This document shows, in pieces, positions 35,487-44,832 of a DNA stretch of 64,000 bases. A program made the position numbers and the translations under genes. This DNA comes from Patescibacteria group bacterium (GTDB lineage: Bacteria > Patescibacteriota > Patescibacteriia > UBA10025 > JAHIVO01). Location of the stretch: positions 558,503 through 622,502 of the forward strand of contig JBAZWB010000001.1 of the NCBI GenBank assembly GCA_041660605.1, given 5' to 3'. The notes under the pieces were generated by a model that saw nothing but the letters and a program-made list of their open reading frames with translations, was not told where the DNA came from and did no database searches. Each line of letters opens with the position of its first letter. Within the stretch, counting starts at the first letter, position 1.

Positions 35487-36230
35487 TTATTTCTTTCTTG
35501 CCATAATTAAAATAGTTTTAATGGGAATTCGGATGGTTTTAGGATATTGATTAAGTTTTTGATGCAATTCAGCCAATGCCTGCTTCTTTCGTTTTTTAGA
35601 TAACGCCAGATACCAGGAAAATGATGTTTGCATGCTGATATAATCCGCTCTGCCCATTCGTATAGTTCGTCGGTACTCTTTGGTTGTTGCGTCAGTAAAA
35701 TTATGATGCCGTTTTAATCGTTGTATTATCTCTATTGCTTTTCCACCTTTGGCTGAGGAGTATTTTTTGTGCAGTTTCATGGCCCATTTGCCAATACCTT
35801 TATTATAATAATTAAAGTTCCAGAAGAGCGCCAGTACACCGCCGGGTTTGAGCAAAGCGCGGGTTTTGGTGAATTGAATGCCGGGCTTGATCCAATGAAA
35901 CGATTGCGCTGAATAAATAAGCTTAAAGTGGTTTTTCGGTAGTTTAATATTCTCAAATTGGCCGATTATGTACTTCATCCGCTGGTAGCGCTTTAATTTC
36001 TCTTTCGCGATACTGACCAGCTCCCGGCTAATGTCATTCGCAATTAAATGATTGCTGTAACGCACGAACGGTAGTGTTGCTTTTCCTGTACCAATCCCAA
36101 TTTCCAAAACCGGATCATTTTTTGTCAATTTACTGTATCTAATAATATCGCGAAAAAGGGGATCAGGGTACCCAAGCCGAGCCTTATCATATTGTTTTGG
36201 TATAGTGCTGAATGTTTCCTTGAGTTTCAC
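35487..36230 (-). CDS. Class I SAM-dependent methyltransferase
   Basis: 247 aa. VLEIGIGTGKATLPF glycine-rich SAM motif I, and acidic motif II. Confidence 0.75.
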   Translation of the reverse strand: MKLKETFSTIPKQYDKARLGYPDPLFRDIIRYSKLTKNDPVLEIGIGTGKATLPFVRYSNHLIANDISRELVSIAKEKLKRYQRMKYIIGQFENIKLPKNHFKLIYSAQSFHWIKPGIQFTKTRALLKPGGVLALFWNFNYYNKGIGKWAMKLHKKYSSAKGGKAIEIIQRLKRHHNFTDATTKEYRRTIRMGRADYISMQTSFSWYLALSKKRKKQALAELHQKLNQYPKTIRIPIKTILIMARKK

Positions 36231-36231
36231 G

Positions 36232-36939
36232 TTAAATTATTTTATTTGTTTTTGGTGAATGTAGTAATATTTTGTTTGTAATCAGACTTAGAGCGTATGT
36301 GACTAAAGATGCGCCTATTAACATATTTATTATAAGATGTAGCCATGCATGGTTAATTATAATCAAAGTTATCGTTTCTGCCATACTAGTATTGTTTTTT
36401 TGTAATTCTAAAAAATAATCTGATACTCTGGGAGTAAGCACTAAAAAAAGAATTAAAAATAAAACTATAAATCCCACAACTACAGTTTTATTTACACTCC
36501 ATTTAAATTTATCCTTTAGCCAGATAAAAAAGCCGACACATAAAGGTAGCCAGCCTATCTGTATAAAGAAATAAAGGATGATCTTATCTACATCATGAAA
36601 AAAAGTTTCCACACTATCAGCAATGCCCGGGATAATATACGACACAATTATAAGTATTGTTCCGGTTACCCAGTAACCTATAAAAATACCACAACTTAAC
36701 ATAACTAATGAATCAAATAAAGTATGTGTTTTTGAAAATCTTAAATAAATTGTTAAGGTTATAATTCCTAAAATCAATCCAATTAAATGGGGTAAAAAAG
36801 TAATTAAATTTGCATTTTGAATAAATAAGGTAAAGGTTCCTATAGCAATATATATTGAGGTAAATCCAAGCAATATGCCAAGGCAAATGTTACTAATATT
36901 CCGTTTTAAGTTGCTAAAATTTTCATTTGCTAATTGCAT
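36232..36939 (-). CDS. Polytopic membrane protein, unknown
   Basis: 235 aa, about 7 TM. Confidence 0.4.
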   Translation of the reverse strand: MQLANENFSNLKRNISNICLGILLGFTSIYIAIGTFTLFIQNANLITFLPHLIGLILGIITLTIYLRFSKTHTLFDSLVMLSCGIFIGYWVTGTILIIVSYIIPGIADSVETFFHDVDKIILYFFIQIGWLPLCVGFFIWLKDKFKWSVNKTVVVGFIVLFLILFLVLTPRVSDYFLELQKNNTSMAETITLIIINHAWLHLIINMLIGASLVTYALSLITNKILLHSPKTNKII

Positions 36940-36951
36940 ATTATTTATGAA

Positions 36952-37470
36952 TTATATATTTAATAATTTATTTGCCTGCAATAAAAATTCCAAGTCCCGT
37001 GCAAGTATAAAATTTCCATCATAATCAATCGGTTTATCGTTCTGCAGTAATTTTATTGCTTGGGGTAAGGGAGTCCACACTACTTCAAATTTACCATCTT
37101 TTTCCCATTTTGAAAGTTTTAGTTGTTTTTGTTCACCGACTGTTTTAACGATGTAGCAATATGATCGTCGATGTTCCTTTCGTTTGTCTTTGTATTCATC
37201 AATATATCCCAATTCAGAAGTAATTTTAACGTCATAGCCAACTTCTTCAAGACATTCGCGCAAGCAAGCTTGTTCGGATGTTTCTCCAGGTTCGATAGTA
37301 CCACCAGGAAGCTTGTGAATTTGATAAACGCCGGTTTTCATCAGCGCAACGTTATTTTGTATATCAAATATAACAGCACGGCTAGATTCTTGAAATGTAT
37401 AATTATTGCGTTTAATATCCTTAGCGTTTGGAAATAGATCTGAATCAGTTATTGTTTTTAAATGGGTCAT
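36952..37470 (-). CDS. NUDIX hydrolase
   Basis: 172 aa. Nudix box GGTIEPGETSEQACLRECLEEVGY. Confidence 0.8.
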   Translation of the reverse strand: MTHLKTITDSDLFPNAKDIKRNNYTFQESSRAVIFDIQNNVALMKTGVYQIHKLPGGTIEPGETSEQACLRECLEEVGYDVKITSELGYIDEYKDKRKEHRRSYCYIVKTVGEQKQLKLSKWEKDGKFEVVWTPLPQAIKLLQNDKPIDYDGNFILARDLEFLLQANKLLNI

Positions 37471-37487
37471 TTATGGTAGTTAATGTC

Positions 37488-37521
37488 ATAGGAACGTTCG
37501 CACGAACGTTCGAACGTGTTA
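37488..37521 (-). promoter_or_regulatory. Conserved palindromic element B (tandem CGAACGTTCG sites), candidate operator/promoter module
   Basis: ATAGGAACGTTCGCACGAACGTTCGAACGTGTTA, 18-50 nt upstream of the NUDIX start. It fills the 58-bp gap between the HD gene stop and the NUDIX start. Confidence 0.45.
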
Positions 37522-37528
37522 AATCATT

Positions 37529-38677
37529 TTAAAAATTTTTCTCAAGCGCTTTATAAAGCACTCCAAAATCAACCCCGCAGATTATTTTCCCAGCGTACAT
37601 ATGTGTCAGACTGATCCGCGCCTCGGATAATTTCTTGTTTGTTATGCCGTTTTGCAAAGCTAAATACGCTTCGAGGTAAGCAGCCAAGTGATCAATGGCT
37701 TTGATTAGATCGCCGTTTCGAAGAATGCGCCCGTTTTTTTCTTGTACCGTGAATTCATTTACCGTGAAGTATTTGATATCCTCGGCAATATTCGGAGGCA
37801 AGAGGGGATAGACCCGTCGCTTCATTTCATCATGTTCAAATTTTTTGACAAGATCTGACATTTTACCGACTTGTTTGATAGGCCGGATAACATCTCTGGT
37901 TAATGCTTCCGGAAGGTCATGGAACAAAGCGGTAAAGAAATTGTTAAAACAAACATCAACTTCGTCATTCCTGCTTTTGAGGAGATAGGTGATAATGGCC
38001 ACGATCAACATGTGGCCAAGGACTGATGTTTCCGGCACACGGTAAGTGTGGCTCCAACGTATCTGATACCGGAGCTGTCCGCACAGCTGGATGAAACGTC
38101 TGAGCTTTGGATCATTTTCAACTTCTTTTGCTGATTTGAGATGGCTGGTAGCTTTTTTAATGCTGGCCGTCAGATCCTGCTCAATCTCGGCGATGTCATA
38201 TCCGTCCGGGTTTGTCCGCTGGATAACGACAAATTCTTCCCAAGAAGCCAGGTAGTTAGCCGCGTCCATGATGCGGTGGTAGATCGTCGGAGCGTTTATC
38301 TTATCCAGGAGGTATTTTTCGTAGGCATCCAGGAATTTTTTATCAATAAAATATTGGTCTAATTCTTCTTTTGAATAATTAATCAGTTCTTTGTACGTTT
38401 TTACGTCTTTCTCTATCCGGTGGAATAATTGAGGTTTGAAATCCGTCAGGGTTAATCTTTGGAGAAACTCAAACACCCCGGCCTCAATCAGTTTGTGCCA
38501 GTCAAATGATTTTACCGGGCTCATTTTGCCGATCAAATAGGCGATAATGAATTTCTGGGCCTGCTTGTCTATTTCGCGGAAATCCACCGCGCGCACCTGG
38601 TCATTCCAGCGCTTGAGAAACGCGGCGTTGTAGAGGTAGAGGAGGAATTTATAATTAATAGTTTTGAGTTGAGGCAT
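37529..38677 (-). CDS. HD-domain phosphohydrolase (YfbR-like 5'-deoxynucleotidase core) with about 200-aa N-terminal extension
   Basis: 382 aa. SVLGHMLIVAIITYLL ... ALFHDLPEALTRDVIRPIK matches the YfbR H...HD...D pattern. Confidence 0.55.
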   Translation of the reverse strand: MPQLKTINYKFLLYLYNAAFLKRWNDQVRAVDFREIDKQAQKFIIAYLIGKMSPVKSFDWHKLIEAGVFEFLQRLTLTDFKPQLFHRIEKDVKTYKELINYSKEELDQYFIDKKFLDAYEKYLLDKINAPTIYHRIMDAANYLASWEEFVVIQRTNPDGYDIAEIEQDLTASIKKATSHLKSAKEVENDPKLRRFIQLCGQLRYQIRWSHTYRVPETSVLGHMLIVAIITYLLKSRNDEVDVCFNNFFTALFHDLPEALTRDVIRPIKQVGKMSDLVKKFEHDEMKRRVYPLLPPNIAEDIKYFTVNEFTVQEKNGRILRNGDLIKAIDHLAAYLEAYLALQNGITNKKLSEARISLTHMYAGKIICGVDFGVLYKALEKNF

Positions 38678-38748
38678 TTAAATAGTATTTATTATGAGGA
38701 AATAAATATGCCCAAGCAATGGGAGATAGGGAAGGTTATGTGGGCATG

Positions 38749-39402
38749 TTAATTGGAAAAATCAATTATGCTAATTATTGGATTATTTTTCGTTCCATCC
38801 CAATTAATTTCAATATCTGCTTTCAAAAATGATCCACGTTTTTCATTTAATTCTAACACTATGTACGTCTTCCCTGGATTAAGTGTAGACCATTTGGATA
38901 TTTCTCTCCCTGCAGATAATGCAAGCTGTAGCATAGGTGATTCATTTTTTGGCATAATTAAGTTAGCAATATCAAGACTAACTTCCTGTTGGGGGTATAT
39001 GTTTCTATAAAGTCGATTTGAATGTAACTGACTATGTGTCCAAAAAAGTGGTAAAGGAATATATTTAGGCTGTTTCCCATCAGAATCAATTTTTTTTATA
39101 ATATTTGCTTCAACGTCACTCGCTGAGATATAGCTCGTATTTTTTATTGATAATCTAACTACTTTAAGCCAAATTTGTTGCTCGATAGTATTACTACCAA
39201 ATGGTCTTAATTTCGGTTTGTGTAATGTTTTAAACCATTCAGAAGATATTGCAACAACAACCGCACTAATCCCAAGAAAAATGGTTCCAACTGCTGTCCA
39301 CTCTTGAGAGGTCCATTGAATAATGTATTTTAATCCTATAACAAGGTAGATTAAAATTACACCAATTATTAGAACAGATAATATTCCTTTATTCCACGAC
39401 AT
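38749..39402 (-). CDS. 2-TM membrane protein with C-terminal soluble domain, unknown (integrase-adjacent)
   Basis: 217 aa. Confidence 0.4.
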   Translation of the reverse strand: MSWNKGILSVLIIGVILIYLVIGLKYIIQWTSQEWTAVGTIFLGISAVVVAISSEWFKTLHKPKLRPFGSNTIEQQIWLKVVRLSIKNTSYISASDVEANIIKKIDSDGKQPKYIPLPLFWTHSQLHSNRLYRNIYPQQEVSLDIANLIMPKNESPMLQLALSAGREISKWSTLNPGKTYIVLELNEKRGSFLKADIEINWDGTKNNPIISIIDFSN

Positions 39403-39415
39403 ATATTTTTAACTA

Positions 39416-40348
39416 TTATTTTTCCAACGGATGATATTTGCGATGCGATCGTTCAGCATATTTATCAGAAGCATTAACGTAACGAGTAGTAGTATCTAAT
39501 GATTCATGGCCAAGCAGTATTTGAATGGCGGCGGGGCTTGCTCCATTTTCTGCCAAGTAAGTGGCAAAACCGTGGCGCAGGCTATGAGCCGAAGTGGGCA
39601 CATTGATTCTTAAACGCTCGCGGTATTGTTTTATTTTCATTTGCAGATAATTATTTGAGACCCGGGCGTCTCCGGAAGCGGCATTGGCCCCGCGATAGGG
39701 GATAAAGAGCGCAGGATGGTTGTCGCCTCTTGAACGCAGATATTTTTCCAAAATTAATTTAGCTCTGTCAGTCAGATAAACAAACCTCTGCTTGCGTCCT
39801 TTGCCCTCGATGAATATCTTGCCGGAATTGTCTATCTGGTTCTTATTTAATTTTATCAGTTCTGAAATGCGCATGCCAGTGGCAAACAGGACTTCCAACA
39901 TAGCCCGGTTGCGCAGAGCCACATCTTTATTTTTTTCAAATTCGCTGGGGGATTCAATCAGCCTGACAATGTCAATTAATTCGGCTACCTGCGGATGCTT
40001 CTTGATAGTCTTGGTTAATCTGACCATTTGAGGCGAAATTGGCGTGGGATAGTCATTATCTATTAAATACTTCAGAAAAGACCGTAAAACCGACAACATC
40101 CGGTTAATAGAGTAAAAATTGAGCTTTTTAAGGCCTTTTTGGTCTTGGGCTGTCATTCTATCACGTGAGGTAAGGAAAGCCTTATACAGCTCAATATCGC
40201 GCTTCTGGAGGGCCTTGAAAGTCTTTTTAGCCTCATTATCAATATAGTGCTCAAAGACCTGCAGATCCCGTTCGTAGTTATAGATAGTCTCGTCGGAGTA
40301 GTTGTTTGTTTTAATATTTAATAAGAAATCGTCTAAGTGTGGAAGCAT
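39416..40348 (-). CDS. Tyrosine site-specific recombinase (XerC/XerD/phage integrase family)
   Basis: 310 aa. R...AHSLRHGFAT...LLGHESLDTTTRYV catalytic R-H-R-Y motifs. Confidence 0.8.
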   Translation of the reverse strand: MLPHLDDFLLNIKTNNYSDETIYNYERDLQVFEHYIDNEAKKTFKALQKRDIELYKAFLTSRDRMTAQDQKGLKKLNFYSINRMLSVLRSFLKYLIDNDYPTPISPQMVRLTKTIKKHPQVAELIDIVRLIESPSEFEKNKDVALRNRAMLEVLFATGMRISELIKLNKNQIDNSGKIFIEGKGRKQRFVYLTDRAKLILEKYLRSRGDNHPALFIPYRGANAASGDARVSNNYLQMKIKQYRERLRINVPTSAHSLRHGFATYLAENGASPAAIQILLGHESLDTTTRYVNASDKYAERSHRKYHPLEK

Positions 40349-40556
40349 ATATTATTAATTATCGGCTAAGCCATACATATTGTTAATAGGGTAGTTTCTG
40401 GCTATTTTAACGGAGTGTAAGGGTTATTATACCTAGTTATACCTTTAGCATAACATGGGCGTTTTTATAGGTCAATTCAATTATATAATAAAAGGTCTTC
40501 CGGAGTGAATCAGAAGACCTTATCAACTTATTTAATCTTGTAGTAGGTCGTAGGAA

Positions 40557-40796
40557 TTAACTGCGTATTGTTTCCAGGTTTATACCGGCAATAAGATAGA
40601 AAGTTCCATCAACTTCCAAACCGGGCTTGCTTTCCTGGCCAATACCGGTCAATAGACCCATTACCCAGGCTGGCTTACATCCAGCTGCTGGCCTGAAAGA
40701 AAATGCCACTCTATCACCAACCGTGATTGCCTCAAATGACAATCTTTTATCCAGATCTCCCTTTGTCGCTTCTACCATCGTTTCCACTTCAGACAT
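40557..40796 (-). CDS. Small hypothetical protein (79 aa) with strong promoter, SD and terminator
   Basis: TTGACT-17-TAAATT promoter and AGGAGG SD upstream on the minus strand. Terminator hairpin GGTCTTC...GAAGACC downstream (40490-40525). Confidence 0.5.
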   Translation of the reverse strand: MSEVETMVEATKGDLDKRLSFEAITVGDRVAFSFRPAAGCKPAWVMGLLTGIGQESKPGLEVDGTFYLIAGINLETIRS

Positions 40797-40862
40797 TTAG
40801 TCCTCCTGACTAAAGTACTATAATATTATAACAATTTAGTATTATTTTTGTATTTAGTCAAG

Positions 40863-40898
40863 CTAAAAAGAACAGATCCAAAAAATGGAACTGTTCTT
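40863..40898 (-). terminator. Rho-independent terminator after the DUF4342 gene
   Basis: Minus strand reads AAGAACAG-15nt-CUGUUCUU followed by UUU. Confidence 0.5.
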
Positions 40899-40922
40899 AA
40901 AAATATATAAAACTTCTTATTT

Positions 40923-41177
40923 CTATTCTTTGATTTTTATAACTTCAATCGTACAATTTGTGACGATAGCCGCCAAAGCGCCTACTGCCGCTAAGATAGG
41001 GAGAAGAATAGCGCCAACCGTGGCAAAGGTCACTGGTATCTCAATCAGCTGATTCCCCTTCTCATTTTTAATGATTAGCTTCCTGACATTTCCCTCGTGG
41101 ATAAGCTTTTTAACCGTCTTAAGAAGCTGATCTCCCGTTACTTTTAATTCCTCTTTGATTGTTTTTTCTTCCGCCAT
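40923..41177 (-). CDS. DUF4342 family small protein
   Basis: 84 aa. KKLIHEGNVRKLIIKNEKGNQLIEIPVTFATVGAILLPILAAVGALAAIVTNCTIEV is typical of DUF4342. Confidence 0.6.
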   Translation of the reverse strand: MAEEKTIKEELKVTGDQLLKTVKKLIHEGNVRKLIIKNEKGNQLIEIPVTFATVGAILLPILAAVGALAAIVTNCTIEVIKIKE

Positions 41178-41501
41178 ATTATTTAGATTAAATATTAATA
41201 TCCGTATATAAATTATATCTTTTTTTTACTTAATAAATCAAATCATTGGACATCAAATAATTATTGGTAATATATTAGTTAATACAAAAATATCAATTTA
41301 AATCCCCTATTTATCCTGATTTAAGCAATAATAAGATAATAAATATGAATTTAATTTTGGCTAATTTTAGCTAATTATAAGGGATTAATTGTTTTTCCAC
41401 AGCAATTTAAGTCAATAAACATAGCGTTTTCCTGCAAATTTGCTATACTTACTGCATCAAAAGGTTGTTTTTTATAAACTAATAAATAAGGAATAAACGA
41501 A

Positions 41502-41783
41502 ATGGCAAAAATGACCAAGTCTCAATTAATGACTACCCTGGCCGAAAAGTCAGGCTTAGCCAAAAAAGACGTCGTAAAATTCATGGACATTCTGGTAGAA
41601 GTTGCTTATGGCGAAGTCAAAAGCAACGGTGAATTCACTATCCCAGGTGTCGGCAAGTTAGTTAAGAAAAACCGGGCTGCACGCCAGGGCCGCAACCCAG
41701 CTACCGGTGAAACTATTCAGATCCCGGCTAAAACTGTTGTCAAATTCCGCGTAGCCAAGGCTGCCAAAGAAGCAATTCTTTAA
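41502..41783 (+). CDS. hup: HU family nucleoid-associated DNA-binding protein
   Basis: 93 aa. GEFTIPGVGKLVKKNRAARQGRNPATGETIQIPAKTVVKFR with the beta-arm signature. Confidence 0.9.
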   Translation: MAKMTKSQLMTTLAEKSGLAKKDVVKFMDILVEVAYGEVKSNGEFTIPGVGKLVKKNRAARQGRNPATGETIQIPAKTVVKFRVAKAAKEAIL

Positions 41784-41794
41784 ACAACCGATAT

Positions 41795-41830
41795 AAAACA
41801 AAACCCTCAAATTCGAGGGTTTTGTTTTTG
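41795..41830 (+). terminator. Rho-independent terminator after hup
   Basis: AAAACAAAACCCTC-aaattc-GAGGGTTTTGTTTT, then TG. Confidence 0.8.
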
Positions 41831-41950
41831 GCTAAATCCGTGCTTAGCAAGTGCAAGGATCATTGCCGCAAGTTGGACATGGACCTGTCATAATTAATAT
41901 GATTAATTATTTTCTTGATATATCGTGAATATATTATATCAGAAAAAATT

Positions 41951-41976
41951 AATAAAAAAAAGAGGCGTTAGCCTCT
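41951..41976 (-). terminator. Intrinsic terminator (minus strand)
   Basis: Minus strand reads AGAGGC-uaac-GCCUCU followed by U9. Confidence 0.5.
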
Positions 41977-41978
41977 TG

Positions 41979-42176
41979 TCAGTTGATTACGATCGTGAAA
42001 TTGTGATCGACGGTATTAGCTCCATAGATTTGAGCCTGCCTTACCGCCTCAACTATACCTAGCAGTGATTGTGGAAAAGAACCAATGGGCTGGAGAAATC
42101 CTCTGATGTATAAATCCAGTACTAGTTTGGATACTGGGTTTACCCTAAAGTATGCCCTTGCAGAATATGTTGCCAT
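41979..42176 (-). CDS. Hypothetical small protein (65 aa)
   Basis: ORF only. No motifs found. Confidence 0.3.
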   Translation of the reverse strand: MATYSARAYFRVNPVSKLVLDLYIRGFLQPIGSFPQSLLGIVEAVRQAQIYGANTVDHNFTIVIN

Positions 42177-42293
42177 GCAACCTCCCTTAATTGCAAAGTT
42201 ACAAATACTAATTAGTATATATTAGCAGTTTAGATGAATCTGTCAACGTCTGTGGCTGATAGCCAATTCATTTGGCTTGTCTGATTTTCCGTC

Positions 42294-42743
42294 TTAAGTC
42301 AATAGATGATTATATAAAATTAACAATAATCCGATATATAGTGCCTGTGAAAGCAGGCCCAGGCTGGTGGCAAACCGGCCGTGAAATTCATGCTGCATCA
42401 AACCATGAAAAAAATATAGTTTTTTGAATATCCTTCTGCCTTTGGCAAAAAATTTTGCCGCTGTAAGCATGTCAGGCAGTAAGGAAAAAAACACTGCCAA
42501 AGTAATGCTTATTATTCTTTCAGGAAAAATTGCCAGAAAAGCGATATATATCAGGATCGAACATATGGCGTCCGGAATCAGCTTGGCCAGTTCCCTAGCG
42601 CTGAGATTTTTTGGTTCAAAATTCCAGTGAGGCCATTTATCCAGCAGGAAGTGGGAGGAAAATGACGCCAGGCTGCCCAAAAATGGATTTTCAATTTGCT
42701 GGCCGATAATGCATCCGGTAACAGTATGCGCTAGTATTATCAT
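42294..42743 (-). CDS. DUF457/YdjM-like membrane-bound metal-dependent hydrolase family protein
   Basis: 149 aa. N-terminal MIILAHTVTGCIIG (M..H...G...G) and SHFLLDKWPH motif resemble the YdjM family. Confidence 0.45.
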   Translation of the reverse strand: MIILAHTVTGCIIGQQIENPFLGSLASFSSHFLLDKWPHWNFEPKNLSARELAKLIPDAICSILIYIAFLAIFPERIISITLAVFFSLLPDMLTAAKFFAKGRRIFKKLYFFHGLMQHEFHGRFATSLGLLSQALYIGLLLILYNHLLT

Positions 42744-42749
42744 AGTGTA

Positions 42750-43631
42750 TTATTTAAGATAAACCCTGTCCCCTATCCTTAGGTCTATGTATTCGTTGGC
42801 CGGTGCGACTCCCGCTTTTTCATCGAGAACCCGTATTAATTTGTTGATTTGCGTGCTTACGTCTTTTGTTAGGTCAAAATATATGGCATAGCCGGCATCG
42901 GTGTGGACATTGAATTGACGGGATACGGAACTGTTTGTCTGAGGCGCTGATGCCGTAGCGGAGGCAGGAGGAAGCGAATAAGAAGTGACTGTAAATTTAT
43001 TAATAGCAATAATATTGCTGATAATCTCCATAATAGCGGTGATTTCATTTTTATCCATGATTTTCTGTCCAGGCACGACTGCGGATGGCGATTCGTCAAT
43101 AATCAAGGGTAACCCGATTGCCTGCTCTTTCTGGTCTATTTTAGATGAAATATTGCCATTCCCTTCCAGATAAAAATAATTATTTGCGGATTGTAATATC
43201 AGTATTGGTTTTTTTTCTTCTATGGTGACTGTCAAAGTATCAGGCAGCTTTTTTTTGACTGTTACTGATTGCGGATCATATTGGGAGGAAATATTTTTTT
43301 TCAGCCAATTTTTATCAAATAATAAGATATTGCTTTGCTTAAATATCAAGAATTTTGACTGTTGAATTTGCCATTTGATGAATTTGTTCTCAATAATTTT
43401 AGCGTTTTTATTATCGATTCCGCTGATATTTATTATTTTTATCTGCAGCCACGGTGAATAGAATAAAACGTAAATTATGGAAAAAAATATTAGGATAGCT
43501 AGCCAGGCAAAAAGGCTGATTTTTTCAATGACAAAGGCCTGCCAGTTTTTTTTAGTAAATAGCGGATTGCGGTAGTTAGGCGCATTACTGGATTCGGAAT
43601 TCATCTTATTTTTGCGAAAATCCCAGCGCAT
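42750..43631 (-). CDS. ftsQ: Cell division protein FtsQ/DivIB-like (TM + POTRA)
   Basis: 293 aa. Single TM after a basic N-terminus. Lies immediately downstream of ddl, as in dcw clusters. Confidence 0.5.
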   Translation of the reverse strand: MRWDFRKNKMNSESSNAPNYRNPLFTKKNWQAFVIEKISLFAWLAILIFFSIIYVLFYSPWLQIKIINISGIDNKNAKIIENKFIKWQIQQSKFLIFKQSNILLFDKNWLKKNISSQYDPQSVTVKKKLPDTLTVTIEEKKPILILQSANNYFYLEGNGNISSKIDQKEQAIGLPLIIDESPSAVVPGQKIMDKNEITAIMEIISNIIAINKFTVTSYSLPPASATASAPQTNSSVSRQFNVHTDAGYAIYFDLTKDVSTQINKLIRVLDEKAGVAPANEYIDLRIGDRVYLK

Positions 43632-43688
43632 AAATTTAACTCTGGCAATCGATTGCCAGCCTGAAAAAAATATTAGTTACGGATATTT

Positions 43689-44822
43689 TTATTTTTGATA
43701 CCACCTGGCTTTGGGCTTATAACTCGTAGATAAGTCGGATTTTTCCCGATGTTTTTCTATTGCCAGCGTGATGAGTTTTTCAATTAATTTATCATATGAC
43801 AACCCAGTCGCCTGCCATAATTTTGGATACATGGAAATTGAAGTAAAACCAGGAATGGTATTAACTTCAGACAGATATATTTTATTTTGATTGCCGAGTA
43901 GAAAATCAACGCGTGCCATGCCTGAACAATCGATTGATTTGAAAGCATTTATGGCATATTTCCTCAATTTGCTGCTCAGATCTTTTGGCAAATCAGCCGG
44001 AATATTTATTTGTGATTTTCCATCTACGTACTTGGCATCGTAATCGTAAAATTCGTTGGAGGCAAAAACCTCGCCAGGCAGGGAGGCTGAAGGATTATCA
44101 TTGCCCAGAACTGCGATTTCAATCTCTCGCGGTTTTAGTACGGCTTTTTCGGCAATTATTTTTTTATCGTACAAAAATGCCAGATTGATGGCCTCATTGA
44201 GTTCATTAAAATTTTTTACTTTTGAAATGCCGACGGAAGACCCTAAATTTGCCGGCTTTATGAATATCGGATAGCCCAGGCCACTAATTTTTTTAAAAAC
44301 GAAAATTTTATTATTTTTAAATTCATACTTCGTAAAAAAGACAAACGGCACTACCGGCAGTCCTGAATTTTTGAAGATAATTTTCTGTATTGTTTTATCC
44401 ATGCCTACTGCCGAGGCCAAAACGTTGGCGCCAATATAAGGTATATCCGCCAGCTCCAGCAATCCCTGAATAGTCCCATCTTCGCCAAAAGTACCGTGCA
44501 AAACAGGGAAAACAACATCCAGCTTCTTTTCCGTTATCGGCTTAGTAATCCCCTTAGCCCCTTTAATAGCTACCAAAGATTTTTTTGTTGAATCAGGCGT
44601 TATTATTTTCAGCGTGTCGGCGGCCTTAAAGGATCCTTTTTTCAGGATTTTCAACGGATTATTTTGAGTCAGCCATGTCCCCTGTTTGGTGATGCCGATT
44701 GGTACTACTTCATATTTTTTTTCATCCAGGGCTTTTATCACAGACTCCGCTGAAGCTATGGATACTTCGTGTTCACCGGATCGCCCGCCAAAAATTACGC
44801 CAATGCGTATTTTTTTTGCCAT
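43689..44822 (-). CDS. ddl: D-alanine--D-alanine ligase
   Basis: [26 protein letters not shown]-terminus and ATP-grasp motifs. The ORF track's 5' extension to 44993 overlaps another ORF and is probably not translated. Confidence 0.85.
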   Translation of the reverse strand: MAKKIRIGVIFGGRSGEHEVSIASAESVIKALDEKKYEVVPIGITKQGTWLTQNNPLKILKKGSFKAADTLKIITPDSTKKSLVAIKGAKGITKPITEKKLDVVFPVLHGTFGEDGTIQGLLELADIPYIGANVLASAVGMDKTIQKIIFKNSGLPVVPFVFFTKYEFKNNKIFVFKKISGLGYPIFIKPANLGSSVGISKVKNFNELNEAINLAFLYDKKIIAEKAVLKPREIEIAVLGNDNPSASLPGEVFASNEFYDYDAKYVDGKSQINIPADLPKDLSSKLRKYAINAFKSIDCSGMARVDFLLGNQNKIYLSEVNTIPGFTSISMYPKLWQATGLSYDKLIEKLITLAIEKHREKSDLSTSYKPKARWYQK

Positions 44823-44832
44823 AATGTATTTT

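Noticed and set aside
41840-41900. TTGGAC-16-TAATAT promoter-like sequence pointing into the antisense of the 41979..42176 ORF
   Set aside because: No downstream ORF or terminator on that strand. Possibly antisense noise in AT-rich DNA.
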